Numbered from the stretch's first letter, positions 37,892-51,677 are shown. The stretch is 64,000 nucleotides of DNA from Candidatus Nomurabacteria bacterium (GCA_943356525.1 CALRFG010000005.1:2921-66920), one strand, 5' to 3'. Notes: generated by a model from the sequence alone, not told the origin. Made by a program: numbers and translations.

Positions 37892-38353
37892 ATGGCTATA
37901 ACATTATCGACATTAGACAAAACAACAAGAAAAACACTTGATTTACGTACAGGTGATACTGTAAAAGTACATCAAAAGATTCAAGAAAAAAACAAAACTC
38001 GTATACAGATTTTTGAAGGTATGATCTTGGCAAGAAAGCATGGAAATGAAGCAGGTGCCACTTTAACAGTTAGACGATCTGCTAACGGATACGGTGTAGA
38101 AAAGATTTTCCCACTATATTCACCTATGATAGACAAGATAGAACTTGTTAAGAGATCTAAAGTTAGACGTGCTAAACTGTACTATATAAGAGATAAGGCT
38201 GTTAAGGAGATCAATAAGCGCCTTAAGATGCAGATGGTAAGAGCTCCTAAAAAAGACGCTTTGGCGGCTGCTCCTGACAATGATTTATTAGATAATACTC
38301 CAGAAGATATAGATATGGAGCAAGTAAAAGCGATTGAATCATCAGAAAAATAA
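37892..38353 (+). CDS. rplS: Ribosomal protein L19 with a C-terminal extension.
   Basis: [42 protein letters not shown]...[18 protein letters not shown] is the conserved L19 core. A ~35-aa acidic C-terminal tail is extra. Confidence 0.85.
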   Translation: MAITLSTLDKTTRKTLDLRTGDTVKVHQKIQEKNKTRIQIFEGMILARKHGNEAGATLTVRRSANGYGVEKIFPLYSPMIDKIELVKRSKVRRAKLYYIRDKAVKEINKRLKMQMVRAPKKDALAAAPDNDLLDNTPEDIDMEQVKAIESSEK

Positions 38354-39089
38354 TCATATACCTGAGACAGGTCATACGTACACAAAATACAGGATCATAA
38401 CAGAGACCTGTATTTTGATATACAAGAAAGTTGGCTTTTCTCCATTTCAGGTTTTAAAAGAAATAAAACCATTTATAGATGAGGAAAGTAGAGGTAAATT
38501 AACATTTGTTGGAAGACTTGATCCTATGGCTGAAGGTAATATACATGTATTGTGGAGCGGCGATGCTGAAGAGAAAAAAACTATAACATTACAAGATAAA
38601 GAATATCAGATAGACGTTCTATTAGGTGTGAAAACTGATACAGATGATATTTTAGGCTTGATTGATTTTGAAAATATTGAGACTGAAGTCCATACCGCTG
38701 ATTTTGATATAAAAATTCTGAAAAATTTTATTGGTCCATTTCACTATAATTATCCAAAATATTCATCACCTCATATAAAGAAAGTTTTAAAAGGTGAGAG
38801 TGTAGAGTTAAAAAAACAAGATGGTGAGATATATAGTATAGATTTTTTAAGTTTGGAAAATATTTCGAATACGGAGCTTAAATTTAAGATATTTACAAAA
38901 TTGAATCTGTGTCAAATGGAAGGAGATTTCAGATTGGATGAGATAAAGCTTAGTTGGAAAAAATTTTTTGAGAAAAATAAAGGAAATTTTAAAGTTTTAA
39001 GCTTAAATGTTAAGTGCAAGAGGGGGACATATATGAGGGTCCTGAGTCGAGAGTTGGGAGGTTTGGCACTAAGTATAGTTAGAGGGTAA
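38334..39089 (+). CDS. Diverged TruB-like tRNA pseudouridine synthase. Start uncertain; possibly TTG near 38415.
   Basis: [19 protein letters not shown]...[19 protein letters not shown] resembles the TruB GxLDPxAxG catalytic-Asp motif. The annotated ATG overlaps the rplS 3' end. Confidence 0.5.
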   Translation: MNHQKNNHIPETGHTYTKYRIITETCILIYKKVGFSPFQVLKEIKPFIDEESRGKLTFVGRLDPMAEGNIHVLWSGDAEEKKTITLQDKEYQIDVLLGVKTDTDDILGLIDFENIETEVHTADFDIKILKNFIGPFHYNYPKYSSPHIKKVLKGESVELKKQDGEIYSIDFLSLENISNTELKFKIFTKLNLCQMEGDFRLDEIKLSWKKFFEKNKGNFKVLSLNVKCKRGTYMRVLSRELGGLALSIVRG

Positions 39090-39359
39090 ATTTATTTATT
39101 TCTTTCCGTTTCAGTCCTCTCTACATCTATATAATAATTTTAAAAGGTAAGGAGTATTTTAGTTTTGTCTATATATTATCAAATTTAAATAATTTAAGTT
39201 TAATTTTAGCAATAAGAATAAAGCTATTAACATTTAATTTGCATTTATTTTTTTATTTAGGGTATAATGTAATTATCTTTTATTTTTACAAATTAATAAA
39301 AGAGTTAGATTAGCCAATTTGTTTACTCATTAATCAAAAAATAAAAAAAATTAAATAAT

Positions 39360-39887
39360 ATGAAAAATTTACAAAAAGGATTTACGCTTATAGAGCTATT
39401 GGTGGTGATTGCGATCATCGGTATACTTTCAAGTATAGTGTTGGCGTCATTGAATAGTGCTAGAAGTAAAGGGACTGATACAGCAATTCAGTCAACTCTT
39501 TCAAACATGAGATCACAGGCTGAGTTGTATTACAGTACCAACAATAACTATGGTGGAAATACTGCCGCTAGTAACATAACATGTCCAACCAGTGCTGTTG
39601 CAAGTTCAACTAGTGGATTACTAGGAGTTGCTGCAGGTTCAGGTGGTTTGTTGGCACTTACTACAGACTTAGTATCCAAGGCTGGCGCAGCCAATAAAAC
39701 TCTGTGTTCAGTTTCTGCATATGGTACAGCTTGGGCTGCTGCTGCAGTTCTGTCAGATACAACAAAAGCTTTTTGTGTTGATAGTTCAGGTGTGTCAAAA
39801 GTTGTTACTATAACTGGCCCAGCTTTGAGTACGACTCTTGCCGCTTTACCTACAAACGTTATTAATGCAGCTGGTGTTTGTAACTAA
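39360..39887 (+). CDS. Type IV pilin / pseudopilin (prepilin N-terminal methylation motif).
   Basis: KGFTLIELLVVIAIIGILSSIVLASL, then a soluble domain with two Cys near the C-terminus. Confidence 0.8.
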   Translation: MKNLQKGFTLIELLVVIAIIGILSSIVLASLNSARSKGTDTAIQSTLSNMRSQAELYYSTNNNYGGNTAASNITCPTSAVASSTSGLLGVAAGSGGLLALTTDLVSKAGAANKTLCSVSAYGTAWAAAAVLSDTTKAFCVDSSGVSKVVTITGPALSTTLAALPTNVINAAGVCN

Positions 39888-39914
39888 TCCAACCCCATTC
39901 ACCCAGAACTTCCA

Positions 39915-39943
39915 AAAAACCACCTTCACAGGTGGTTTTTTTA
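39915..39943 (+). terminator. Rho-independent terminator.
   Basis: aaaaaccacc-ttcaca-ggtggttttttt. Confidence 0.7.
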
Positions 39944-40147
39944 TTGTAATATTTTTCACCATAATACATCACTAAATCAAACCATGACTATAAAATAATT
40001 TATATATAAACATATTAAGTTAATATTCACCTTTAAAAATAAGAATATGTTTTACTCTAAATGATTTACCATTTCTTCATAACTTCTTTTGCGTTTCTTT
40101 AACTTTTCTTTCATGAGACTTTATCTGGTGTCCGTATAATATCTGTT

Positions 40148-42739
40148 ATGAAAAAAATAATCATAACAATCATATTCATATTATCTACGAATATATCAGC
40201 TAAAACCATTATCACTGATACTTACTTTAACAATAAAACTATAAATTGGACTGCTGACGGTAGTCCTTATATTATTCAAAAAAAAATAACTTTAGCCTCG
40301 TCTACGTTAAATATAGATAATGCTCAAATCATATTTGAAAACAGCTCTATAAACCTATTCACCAATAGTTTTGTAAATATAAATAACACAGATATATCTG
40401 GAATATCTCCTTCATATGCATTTGCTTTGTTTAACTCTAAGTTTTCACTCAAAAATACAAAGATAAATACCAATAGATTTATTGAATCATATGGAAGCGA
40501 TATAAATATAGATAATCTAAGAAGTCTAAACTCTTATAATAAAGATTTATTTAGTCTTTATGGTGGTTCAAACCTAAATATGACAAACTCTTATATTGAA
40601 AACTATAAAGGTAACGTCTTTGGTATAAATAATGCAAATAAAGTTAATATTCAAAATACTGAGTTTATAAAGAATGAAAGGGTTATAGAGTTATATTATG
40701 CAAGCTCTACTTTGATAAATAAAAACGATTTCGAGCATAACAATATAGCCATAGAATCATATATAAAAGGTAATTTCGAAAATAACTATTTTCAAAAAGA
40801 TAATCCAACTATACACTCATTCAAAGATAGTGCTGAGGAAAATGAAAATAATATATTGGCTGGACCATTTAATATAAATATCTTTTCTAAAGAGAAAAAC
40901 ATTAAAAAATTAGAAAACTGTTGCTCGAATATCCTTTTTCTACCAGGTGTTATGGGTAGTCGTTTATATATGTCAGGCCTTACTCAAAATCAACTTTGGG
41001 AACCAAATAAGAATACTGATGTTAAAAAGTTATATCTTGATGAGTTAGGTAAAAGTATAAATAATATATTCACTAAGGATATTATTGTTAAGACAAATAT
41101 CTTAGGAGGCTTACCGTTTGTTGATAAAGATATATATAAAGATTTTTCAGATTACTTAGAAAAATTAAAAAAAGATAAAATTATAACTGATTATAATGCT
41201 GTTCCGTACGATTGGAGAATGTCAGCCGATTATATATTATCTGAAGGTATAAAAACAAAAGATAAAAATATAGACCTAATAAAAACTATACAAGATTTAC
41301 AAAAAACATCTCGTAATGGAAAAGTTACTATAATCACTCATAGTAATGGGGGACTTGTTGCCAAACAGCTTATCATTGAACTTAAAAAACAACATTTAGA
41401 AAACATTATTGAAAATGTGATATTTGTTGCTATGCCCGAGTATGGCACAGCCCAGGCAATAACAGCACTTATGTTTGGACATCAACAATCTTTGGCAGGT
41501 GGTTTGATCATGCGGTCATCTATTGCTCGGGAGTTGGGAAAAAATATGCCAACAGCCTACACGTTTTTACCTTCAGAAAAATATTACACATATAATCCAT
41601 ACTCCGATAAACTATTACAAGAAACTGTTATCAGAAATTATTCGCGTATAAATCTAACGCTTCAAGAAAAAGCTAAGACTTTACACCAAGAGTTAGACAA
41701 TATTGTGTACCCATCAAACATAAATATTTATCAAATACTCGGTACAGGGATAAACACCATGTCAGATATAAAACTTGATGATAAAAATTTATTTAAAATA
41801 ATACCGCTCTATAATAAAAATGGAGATGGGGTTGTTCAAGACATGTATTCATCACGTTACGGAACTACAACCTTTGTTGATTTAAAAGACACTATATATA
41901 AACATGCCAATATTATGAATAGTGATAGAGTTATATCAAATATAAACAGTATAATAAACCCAATACGGTTTGACCGCACTGACTATGGTCTTGATTATAA
42001 TAAGATAATCAAAAACAATAATTATAAATTATTAAGAATCACCCGGAGCCAAAACGAAGGTTCTCAGTATTTAGCTCCGTTAGATATGGATTTGAGTTTA
42101 GGTATGACAAAGTTAAATCATAATCCAGCCAATGAGTTATATATAAATAAATACAACTCAAATAGTCTAAGTAATTTTGATAAAGTAATAGAAGTTTTGG
42201 ATAATAGCAATAGATTTGAACTATATGATCAAAGTATAAACTATCTATATAGTGATGATTTAGATAAAATATCCATAAACTCAAAAACAAATAACACTTT
42301 AGATCTTAGTATTTTAGAAAATATAGATGGTGAGATTTCAGAATTGGAATATAAAAATATACCTGTATTTAGAAATAGTGAGATGATTTTTGATATTAAT
42401 GAAAACTCTGATGCTTTAAATATAAGTTTACCTCTAACAAAGCAGATGTTAAGTTTTCATAATCAAAAATCTGGTAGCTCTACAGATGAAAAAATTAATA
42501 AAATAGTTAGTGACATAAACTCTTCCAAGATGGAGTTTTACTTAAAGGATAGATATATAAGACGTATAGAAGTATATAGGAAAAATAAAGATGATAAATA
42601 TCTCAAAACCCTAGGAAAAAGAGTTGCTGATGCCATAGATTCTATAGCGAAACTGTCATACAGCCCTGCTCTGAAAGCCCGTTATTCTAAGGTGAAAGAG
42701 GATTATATTTATCTAAAATTATTATTGCTAATATTGTAA
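40148..42739 (+). CDS. Secreted 863-aa protein with beta-helix-like N-terminal repeats and an alpha/beta-hydrolase (lipase/LCAT-PGAP1-like) domain.
   Basis: Signal peptide. LFLPGVMGSRLY and TIITHSNGGLVAKQL (GxSxG nucleophile elbow). Confidence 0.5.
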   Translation: MKKIIITIIFILSTNISAKTIITDTYFNNKTINWTADGSPYIIQKKITLASSTLNIDNAQIIFENSSINLFTNSFVNINNTDISGISPSYAFALFNSKFSLKNTKINTNRFIESYGSDINIDNLRSLNSYNKDLFSLYGGSNLNMTNSYIENYKGNVFGINNANKVNIQNTEFIKNERVIELYYASSTLINKNDFEHNNIAIESYIKGNFENNYFQKDNPTIHSFKDSAEENENNILAGPFNINIFSKEKNIKKLENCCSNILFLPGVMGSRLYMSGLTQNQLWEPNKNTDVKKLYLDELGKSINNIFTKDIIVKTNILGGLPFVDKDIYKDFSDYLEKLKKDKIITDYNAVPYDWRMSADYILSEGIKTKDKNIDLIKTIQDLQKTSRNGKVTIITHSNGGLVAKQLIIELKKQHLENIIENVIFVAMPEYGTAQAITALMFGHQQSLAGGLIMRSSIARELGKNMPTAYTFLPSEKYYTYNPYSDKLLQETVIRNYSRINLTLQEKAKTLHQELDNIVYPSNINIYQILGTGINTMSDIKLDDKNLFKIIPLYNKNGDGVVQDMYSSRYGTTTFVDLKDTIYKHANIMNSDRVISNINSIINPIRFDRTDYGLDYNKIIKNNNYKLLRITRSQNEGSQYLAPLDMDLSLGMTKLNHNPANELYINKYNSNSLSNFDKVIEVLDNSNRFELYDQSINYLYSDDLDKISINSKTNNTLDLSILENIDGEISELEYKNIPVFRNSEMIFDINENSDALNISLPLTKQMLSFHNQKSGSSTDEKINKIVSDINSSKMEFYLKDRYIRRIEVYRKNKDDKYLKTLGKRVADAIDSIAKLSYSPALKARYSKVKEDYIYLKLLLLIL

Positions 42740-42883
42740 AACCGTGATAATGTATCAACGTGGTCTCGAATACCATAGGTGGCAATAAACGAAAGTTTAA
42801 AACCATAAACCCTGTGTAGATTCCGGCAAATGTCTTTGACAAATGCCAGACCTAATTAAAAGAAACTTAATATAAATCAATAT

Positions 42884-43372
42884 ATGGCAATTTCAAAAAA
42901 CAAAAAAGTTGAAGTTGTGTCGAATGTATCTGATATCGCTAAAAAATCTGGATCATTAGTGTTTGTGAATTTTCACAAATTGAATGTTGTAGAGACAGGT
43001 GAAGTTCGAAACTCACTTCGAAAAGCAGATGTTGGATATAGAGTCGCTAAGAAGACATTGATAAAAAGAGCTTTATCTGATCTAGGTATAAAAGGTGAAC
43101 TACCATCTCTTGATGGGGAAGTTGCTATAGTATATGGAGATGATTTGCTTGCCCCTTCACGTGAGGTTCTTGGATTTACAAAAAAATTCAAAGACAGACT
43201 TACAATAATAGGTGGTATATTTGATAATGAATACAAATCAAAAGAGGAAATGATTTCAATCGCTTCTATTCCTGACTTTAAAACATTACAAGCTCAATTC
43301 GTTCAACTTATCAATTCACCGATACAACGATTTGTACTTGCTCTTGACGCTATTGCGAAAAAGAACAGTTAA
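42884..43372 (+). CDS. rplJ: Ribosomal protein L10.
   Basis: ~160 aa, conserved L10 N-terminal region, directly upstream of rplL. Confidence 0.85.
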   Translation: MAISKNKKVEVVSNVSDIAKKSGSLVFVNFHKLNVVETGEVRNSLRKADVGYRVAKKTLIKRALSDLGIKGELPSLDGEVAIVYGDDLLAPSREVLGFTKKFKDRLTIIGGIFDNEYKSKEEMISIASIPDFKTLQAQFVQLINSPIQRFVLALDAIAKKNS

Positions 43373-43419
43373 AACAATCAACTATATTTATTAAATAATA
43401 ATTAAATTAAAATAAAATT

Positions 43420-43935
43420 ATGAAAGATCAAGAAGAAACAATCGTAGATACAGCCGCAGATGTGGTTGTGGATACAACAGCAGATACAGTAGAAGAAACA
43501 GTAGCTCCAGCTCCTGTAGCAGCCCCTGTAGCTGAAAAAAAGGTAGAAGTAGAAGAAAATGTTGCAACTCCAGCTCAATTTAAAACAGTTGTAGAGGCAA
43601 TAGAAAAAATGACAGTTCTAGAATTACATGAACTTGTAAAATTCCTAGAAAAGAAGTTTGGCGTTTCAGCATCAGCTGTAGCTGTAGCGGCTCCAGCCGG
43701 AGGTGCGGCATCTGCAGATGAGAAATCATCATTTGATGTAGTTTTGAAAGATGGAGGTGCTAACAAAATCTCAGTTATCAAAGTTATCAAAGAAGTACTA
43801 GGTCTAGGTCTTAAAGAGGCAAAAGACTTAGTTGACGCAGCCCCATCACCTATAAAAGCAGGTATGAAAAAAGAGGATGCAGACGCTTTGAAAAAACAAA
43901 TAGAAGAGGCTGGTGGAACTGTAGAATTGAAATAA
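43420..43935 (+). CDS. rplL: Ribosomal protein L7/L12 with a ~45-aa acidic N-terminal extension.
   Basis: The C-terminal domain [56 protein letters not shown] is canonical. The N-terminal dimerisation motif is ...[15 protein letters not shown]. No alternative in-frame start would remove the extension. Confidence 0.85.
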   Translation: MKDQEETIVDTAADVVVDTTADTVEETVAPAPVAAPVAEKKVEVEENVATPAQFKTVVEAIEKMTVLELHELVKFLEKKFGVSASAVAVAAPAGGAASADEKSSFDVVLKDGGANKISVIKVIKEVLGLGLKEAKDLVDAAPSPIKAGMKKEDADALKKQIEEAGGTVELK

Positions 43936-43983
43936 TTCAACATCCTACACAATCTTTTGTAAGTTTTAACACTTTTGACAAAT

Positions 43984-44011
43984 AAACCGTATATATTATA
44001 TGGTTTTTTTG
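43984..44011 (+). terminator. Rho-independent terminator after rplL.
   Basis: aaaccgtatata-ttatatggtttttttg hairpin plus a T-run. Confidence 0.5.
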
Positions 44012-44050
44012 TTTACCTAAAACTAGGTCAAAGCATGTTATATTATATAT

Positions 44051-44932
44051 ATGAATAAGAATAAATCTGCTATCAAAAAAACTGCAAGAAAACCTGTTAT
44101 TGTAAAAAAAACAGTCTCTAAGGTAAAAAAGATTGTTAAAAAAATCGAAATATCGAAATCGAAATCGAAATCGAAATCAAAATTAAAATCAAAATCAATA
44201 TCAAAAACAAAAACAAGGTCAATGTCAAAACCTGCACCTAAGCCAGTACCTAAGCCTGTATTAAAGCCAAAAGTTCAAGTTATTTCTAGGCCAAAAGAAA
44301 TAATTGTAGACTCAAAAGATGCCAATGACAATCAGATCTTAGAAAGTTTTTTAGGTAGTTCAAATAAGGTTAAATTATGGAAAGTTTTTTTACTGAACAC
44401 TTCGAAAGATTTTTTGTTAAAAGATTTACTTAAATTAACAAAAATTAAGCATGATACTCTTATATTGGAATTACGCGATCTTATGAGGTTGGGAATAATC
44501 AAAGCTGGAAAAAAAGAAAAAATTATTACATATAGAACAAATAAAGATTTTCCCTTACTTGTGGAGATTACAGAAATGATTCTATCTGTAATACCTAGAT
44601 CAGTAGAAAAAATTTTAGAAAAATTGAACAGACTAAGTCGTTTAAAAGTTGTTTTACTATCAGGTTTTTTTACTGCCCAGCTAGCAAAACAAAAAACTCT
44701 ATCAAATACAATGAACTCAAATGTTGATCTACTATTAGTTTTTGAGAAAGTTCCTGACAATGTAGATATTGTAGTTTCTGAACTAGAATACAATATTGGT
44801 AAAGAGTTGACCTATTCAGCCTTAGATCAAAATGATTTCAAGTACAGACACTCTATAGGGGATAAGCTTATTCGCGATATACTTGATTTTGACCACATAA
44901 TAGCTATGGATAAGTTGTCTTTCTTTAGATAA
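44051..44932 (+). CDS. Hypothetical protein with a highly basic Lys/Ser-repeat N-terminus.
   Basis: ISKSKSKSKSKLKSKSISKTKTRSMSKPAPKPVPKPVLKPK is followed by a globular region with no recognisable motif. It contains a hexanucleotide tandem repeat. Confidence 0.45.
   Translation: MNKNKSAIKKTARKPVIVKKTVSKVKKIVKKIEISKSKSKSKSKLKSKSISKTKTRSMSKPAPKPVPKPVLKPKVQVISRPKEIIVDSKDANDNQILESFLGSSNKVKLWKVFLLNTSKDFLLKDLLKLTKIKHDTLILELRDLMRLGIIKAGKKEKIITYRTNKDFPLLVEITEMILSVIPRSVEKILEKLNRLSRLKVVLLSGFFTAQLAKQKTLSNTMNSNVDLLLVFEKVPDNVDIVVSELEYNIGKELTYSALDQNDFKYRHSIGDKLIRDILDFDHIIAMDKLSFFR
44143..44216 (+). repeat. In-frame hexanucleotide tandem repeat (tcgaaa)n degenerating to (tcaaaa)n and (acaaaa)n.
   Basis: atcgaaatatcgaaatcgaaatcgaaatcgaaatcaaaattaaaatcaaaatcaa... 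encodes the (KS)n stretch. Confidence 0.7.
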
Positions 44933-44999
44933 AGATATGATATAATTAATATGTATTATTAGCTTAATAAAATATAAAAAAATATAAAAAACAAAACAT

Positions 45000-45704
45000 A
45001 TGCCGACACAAATTTTTAGTTCAGGATTATTAGGAAGTGCAGTATCAGAATCATACCTTAGCGTAAAAGAAGCTTTGCTTGGCTACGGTATACTTATAGT
45101 ATTTGCGACAATTATTTTTGTTATAACTTGGGTTGTTGCAGATTATATTGGAAAATTAGTTAAAAAAGTTTTTGATAAAATGAAGTTAGATGAGGCTTTA
45201 AAACAAGCTGGTTTTGGTGAGGTTCTACGTAAAGGTGGAGTAAATCTAAGCACAGGATCTTTCTTTGGTGGATTATTAAAATGGACTATTATTACAATAA
45301 TATTCCTAGCAATACTACAAATGCTGGGTCTAAGTGATGTTTCAATGATTATAGGATCAATAATTGCCTTATATCTTCCAAAGATAGTTGCATCTATACT
45401 TATCCTATTAGTCGCATTTATATTAGGTGATGTATTAAAAAAAGTTGTAACCACAGGTGCTGCAAATGCTCACTTGGCGTCAGCTAAAATGTTAGGCTCC
45501 CTTACTAAAGCTTCTATTATAATATTTGCTGTACTTTCAGCCCTAGTGCAGCTAGGTATTGCAGTTACACTTATAAATACAATATTCATAGGTGTTGTTG
45601 TAGCAATCTCACTTGCAACAGGCTTAGCCTTTGGTCTTGGTGGAAAAGATATGGCTACTCGTATATTGAACAAGGCATCTGATGAATTAACTCATAGAAA
45701 ATAG
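45000..45704 (+). CDS. Integral membrane protein with two conserved-TM-helix repeats (MscS-associated TM_helix-like).
   Basis: Four or five TM segments with the repeated patterns ...DYIGKLVKKVFDKMKLDEALKQ and ...ILGDVLKKVVTTGAAN. Function not assignable. Confidence 0.45.
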   Translation: MPTQIFSSGLLGSAVSESYLSVKEALLGYGILIVFATIIFVITWVVADYIGKLVKKVFDKMKLDEALKQAGFGEVLRKGGVNLSTGSFFGGLLKWTIITIIFLAILQMLGLSDVSMIIGSIIALYLPKIVASILILLVAFILGDVLKKVVTTGAANAHLASAKMLGSLTKASIIIFAVLSALVQLGIAVTLINTIFIGVVVAISLATGLAFGLGGKDMATRILNKASDELTHRK

Positions 45705-45945
45705 CTTGACTTTCGTGTCTGAACATGCTATCATAGCTTATGTGAGGTGGAGGAAGGATGTTAAGCAATTAACAGAAACCCTCTAATTCCAAACGAAATT
45801 GTAAAAACCTTTTAGCACTGCTGTGTTGAAGGGTTTTTACTTTTGTATATTTATGTAATAATAGAAGGGTATTCATTAATATAGTCGACTAGCCACTGCA
45901 CTCACATTAACATTTCGTTTGGAGCTCGCATTCGGCTAGTCGACT

Positions 45946-46662
45946 ATGGGTGTGAATATTTCTAAAATATCTAAAAAAACTAAAAAGACCGATACGCTAA
46001 ATTTTCACATAATATCTCTTTTTCCAGAGTCTTTTGATTCATATATAGATAAATCAATCATAGCTCGTGCTATAGAAAAAAAATTCATTAAAGTTGAATT
46101 TTATAATCCAAAAATTTTTGCTACACCGAATCCTGCAGGCATCTCAAAAGTTGATGACAGGCCTTATGGTGGAGGACCAGGTATGGTCATAAAAGCTGAA
46201 CCGATTCTAAAATCTGTAGAGAAAATATTCTCAAAAAAAACTATAGTAAAAACTAAAACTCTGATCGTTTTTTTATCACCATCAGGAGTTCAATTTGATA
46301 CAGAATTAGCCACCAAATTTTCAAAAAAATATAAAGATATAATCATCGTTTGTGGTCGCTATGAGGGCATAGATGCAAGAGTAAAAAAAGTTTTTCCTAT
46401 GATAGATGTATCTGTCGGTCCTTGGGTAACTACAGGTGGTGAGCTACCTGCGCTTATAATGATAGATGTTATTGCTAGGCAAGTAGAAGGTGTTCTTGGA
46501 AAATTTGAATCACGTGAAGAATCTCGTATATCATCATCTGATGTTTACACTCGTCCAGAAGTTTTGATATATAAAAATAAAAAATACAAAGTACCGAAAG
46601 TTTTACTTTCTGGTAATCATAAAGAGATAGATAAATGGAAGGAAAACAGCGGGTTAAAATAG
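45946..46662 (+). CDS. trmD: tRNA (guanine37-N1)-methyltransferase TrmD.
   Basis: FHIISLFPESFDSY...DDRPYGGGPGMVIKAEPI...GRYEGIDARV are classic TrmD motifs. Confidence 0.85.
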   Translation: MGVNISKISKKTKKTDTLNFHIISLFPESFDSYIDKSIIARAIEKKFIKVEFYNPKIFATPNPAGISKVDDRPYGGGPGMVIKAEPILKSVEKIFSKKTIVKTKTLIVFLSPSGVQFDTELATKFSKKYKDIIIVCGRYEGIDARVKKVFPMIDVSVGPWVTTGGELPALIMIDVIARQVEGVLGKFESREESRISSSDVYTRPEVLIYKNKKYKVPKVLLSGNHKEIDKWKENSGLK

Positions 46663-46780
46663 ATTTTTTTAATGGACAGAGTGTCCTTTAAAAGAACCTT
46701 TGTTTATATAGTGTATAGCTTGATTTGAACGGGACAGATTATCCACAAATTACCCACAAAGATAAAGGTATATACAATGC

Positions 46781-46808
46781 TTGACTTTATTTCCCATTCG
46801 AGTATAAT
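46781..46808 (+). promoter_or_regulatory. Sigma70-like promoter for the 23S-5S rRNA operon.
   Basis: TTGACT, then 16 nt, then TATAAT, ~270 nt upstream of the 23S 5' end. Confidence 0.5.
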
Positions 46809-47071
46809 AGACGACCATACAGTATGATAATAAACCAACGAAAAAAACGGATATAAAGACCAAAGCAATAGCTTAAAGTTTTCATATCCGCTTTTCGTTG
46901 AAAGCGGATTTTCCTTCGCAAATTGACAATTACAAACCTTCGCGTAAACAAATTGTTGAGTAAACAGTTTGGCAATCGGGATTTCTCAGGAAAGCCCCCG
47001 GTTGAAAAATTAGGTAAACGCAGAAGGATAATTAACATACATTTTCACGATTGTGGTATATGTATTTCCTA

Positions 47072-50465
<3,394 letters not shown>

Positions 50466-50591
50466 ATATGTATATCCAATCGTGAAAGTGTATGTTAATT
50501 AAATTGTAATTGAAAATCAAAAGTACGTGAGCTAAGCGAAAGATTTCTTTCTTGAAATCTGAAAGCTTAGCGAGCGTCATCGAATCTTTTG

Positions 50592-50708
50592 TTCTGGTGA
50601 CTCGTTGGAGGGGCCACACCTGATCTCATTCCGAACTCAGAAGTTAAGCCCTCTTAAGGCGATGGTACAAGCTTTACGCAAGGAGAGTAGCTTGTCGCCG
50701 GAACAAAG
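50592..50708 (+). rRNA. rrf: 5S ribosomal RNA.
   Basis: CCACACCTGATCTCATTCCGAACTCAGAAGTTAAGCCC...GCGATGGTAC...GAGAGTAGCTTGTCGCCGGAA. The terminal helix pairs with the 5' end ttctggtgac. Confidence 0.85.
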
Positions 50709-50745
50709 TATTCGATTTTTCTTTGAAAAATTTTTGAAATAATAA

Positions 50746-50768
50746 CCCGCCTCACTGGTGGTTTTTTT
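50746..50768 (+). terminator. Terminator after 5S.
   Basis: cccgcc-tcac-tggtgg followed by T7 (with G-U wobble pairs). Confidence 0.45.
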
Positions 50769-50784
50769 GTGGTATGATATTTGT

Positions 50785-51075
50785 ATGTCTAAAATAAATA
50801 AAATAAGTTTAATTATAGCCGGTGCTGTTTTTTTAATATATATTCTTTCTTATAATTCAATGTTAGGTGAAAGTGGTAATTTTATTGTATTGATTACAAT
50901 GTTTTTATTTGGATGGTTGGATGATATTGGCTATGGAAGTATTTTAGGGCTAGATAATCCAAGTTTTAATCTTGTAGTTGTTATCATAATGTCAGTTATG
51001 TTTTATATAATTTCTTTTATAATATTATCAATATTAAAATTTGTTTATAATAAAACCAAAAAGCTTATTGTTTAG
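50785..51075 (+). CDS. Small hydrophobic membrane protein (hypothetical).
   Basis: ATG preceded by TATGATAT (-10-like), three predicted TM helices. The track start (GTG 50758) lies inside the 5S terminator. Confidence 0.35.
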   Translation: MSKINKISLIIAGAVFLIYILSYNSMLGESGNFIVLITMFLFGWLDDIGYGSILGLDNPSFNLVVVIIMSVMFYIISFIILSILKFVYNKTKKLIV

Positions 51076-51257
51076 AATTTAAAATAATGTAATGAATAGT
51101 GTTTTACTAGCTTGCATCCAGCCCAGTAAAATGGTATAAATACTGTACTCCTTCTGTTATTTCGATGGCAGAACGCGAAACCGTAACCTAGTGTTGTGGT
51201 TTCTGCTTTTTACACCCATCATTCTCATACTCAACCATATCTGCTATACTAACACAC

Positions 51258-51674
51258 ATGACAGACCTAAAAAATGATCAGCGTTGGCTACAAAGACTCG
51301 ATAATCTCGATCGTGTTTTGTTGCAATTACAAAAAGAATTGGCGGATCCGCAAAAAGAGTTCTCTCTCATAGAAAGAACAGGCATAATTCATTTTTTTGA
51401 AATGGCCTTCGAATTATCTTGGAAAACACTTAAAGATTTTTTTGAATACAAAGATATAGAAGTTTTTTCGTCCCCTAGAGACATTATAAAGCATGCTGGA
51501 AAACTTGAGATGATTGATAGTGAGTTATGGTTAAACATGCTTGAGGACAGAAATCTTTCAAATCATACCTATGATGAAAAACTTTCAATAGAATTGTTTA
51601 ATGACATAAGAGAAAATACATATTTAGGTTTATTTAAAAAATTAAGCAATGCTTTACATGCTCTTAAATCATAA
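51258..51674 (+). CDS. HEPN-domain protein, HI0074-family (nucleotidyltransferase substrate-binding protein).
   Basis: 138 aa. The C-terminal RNLSNHTY matches the HEPN Rx4-6H motif. It is paired with the downstream MNT gene. Confidence 0.7.
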   Translation: MTDLKNDQRWLQRLDNLDRVLLQLQKELADPQKEFSLIERTGIIHFFEMAFELSWKTLKDFFEYKDIEVFSSPRDIIKHAGKLEMIDSELWLNMLEDRNLSNHTYDEKLSIELFNDIRENTYLGLFKKLSNALHALKS

Positions 51675-51677
51675 TAT

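Noticed and set aside
42740-42883. Possible L10-leader autoregulatory RNA upstream of rplJ.
   Set aside because: Only a TTGACA box and weak pairing were seen. I could not draw the characteristic L10(L12)4-binding kink-turn structure by eye.
46860-46900. Perfect 9-bp hairpin ATCCGCTTT-TCGTTG-AAAGCGGAT between the rRNA promoter and 23S, considered as a terminator.
   Set aside because: It lies downstream of the rRNA promoter within the leader and is followed only by TTTTCC. It is more likely a leader/processing stem than a terminator, and no confident call was made.
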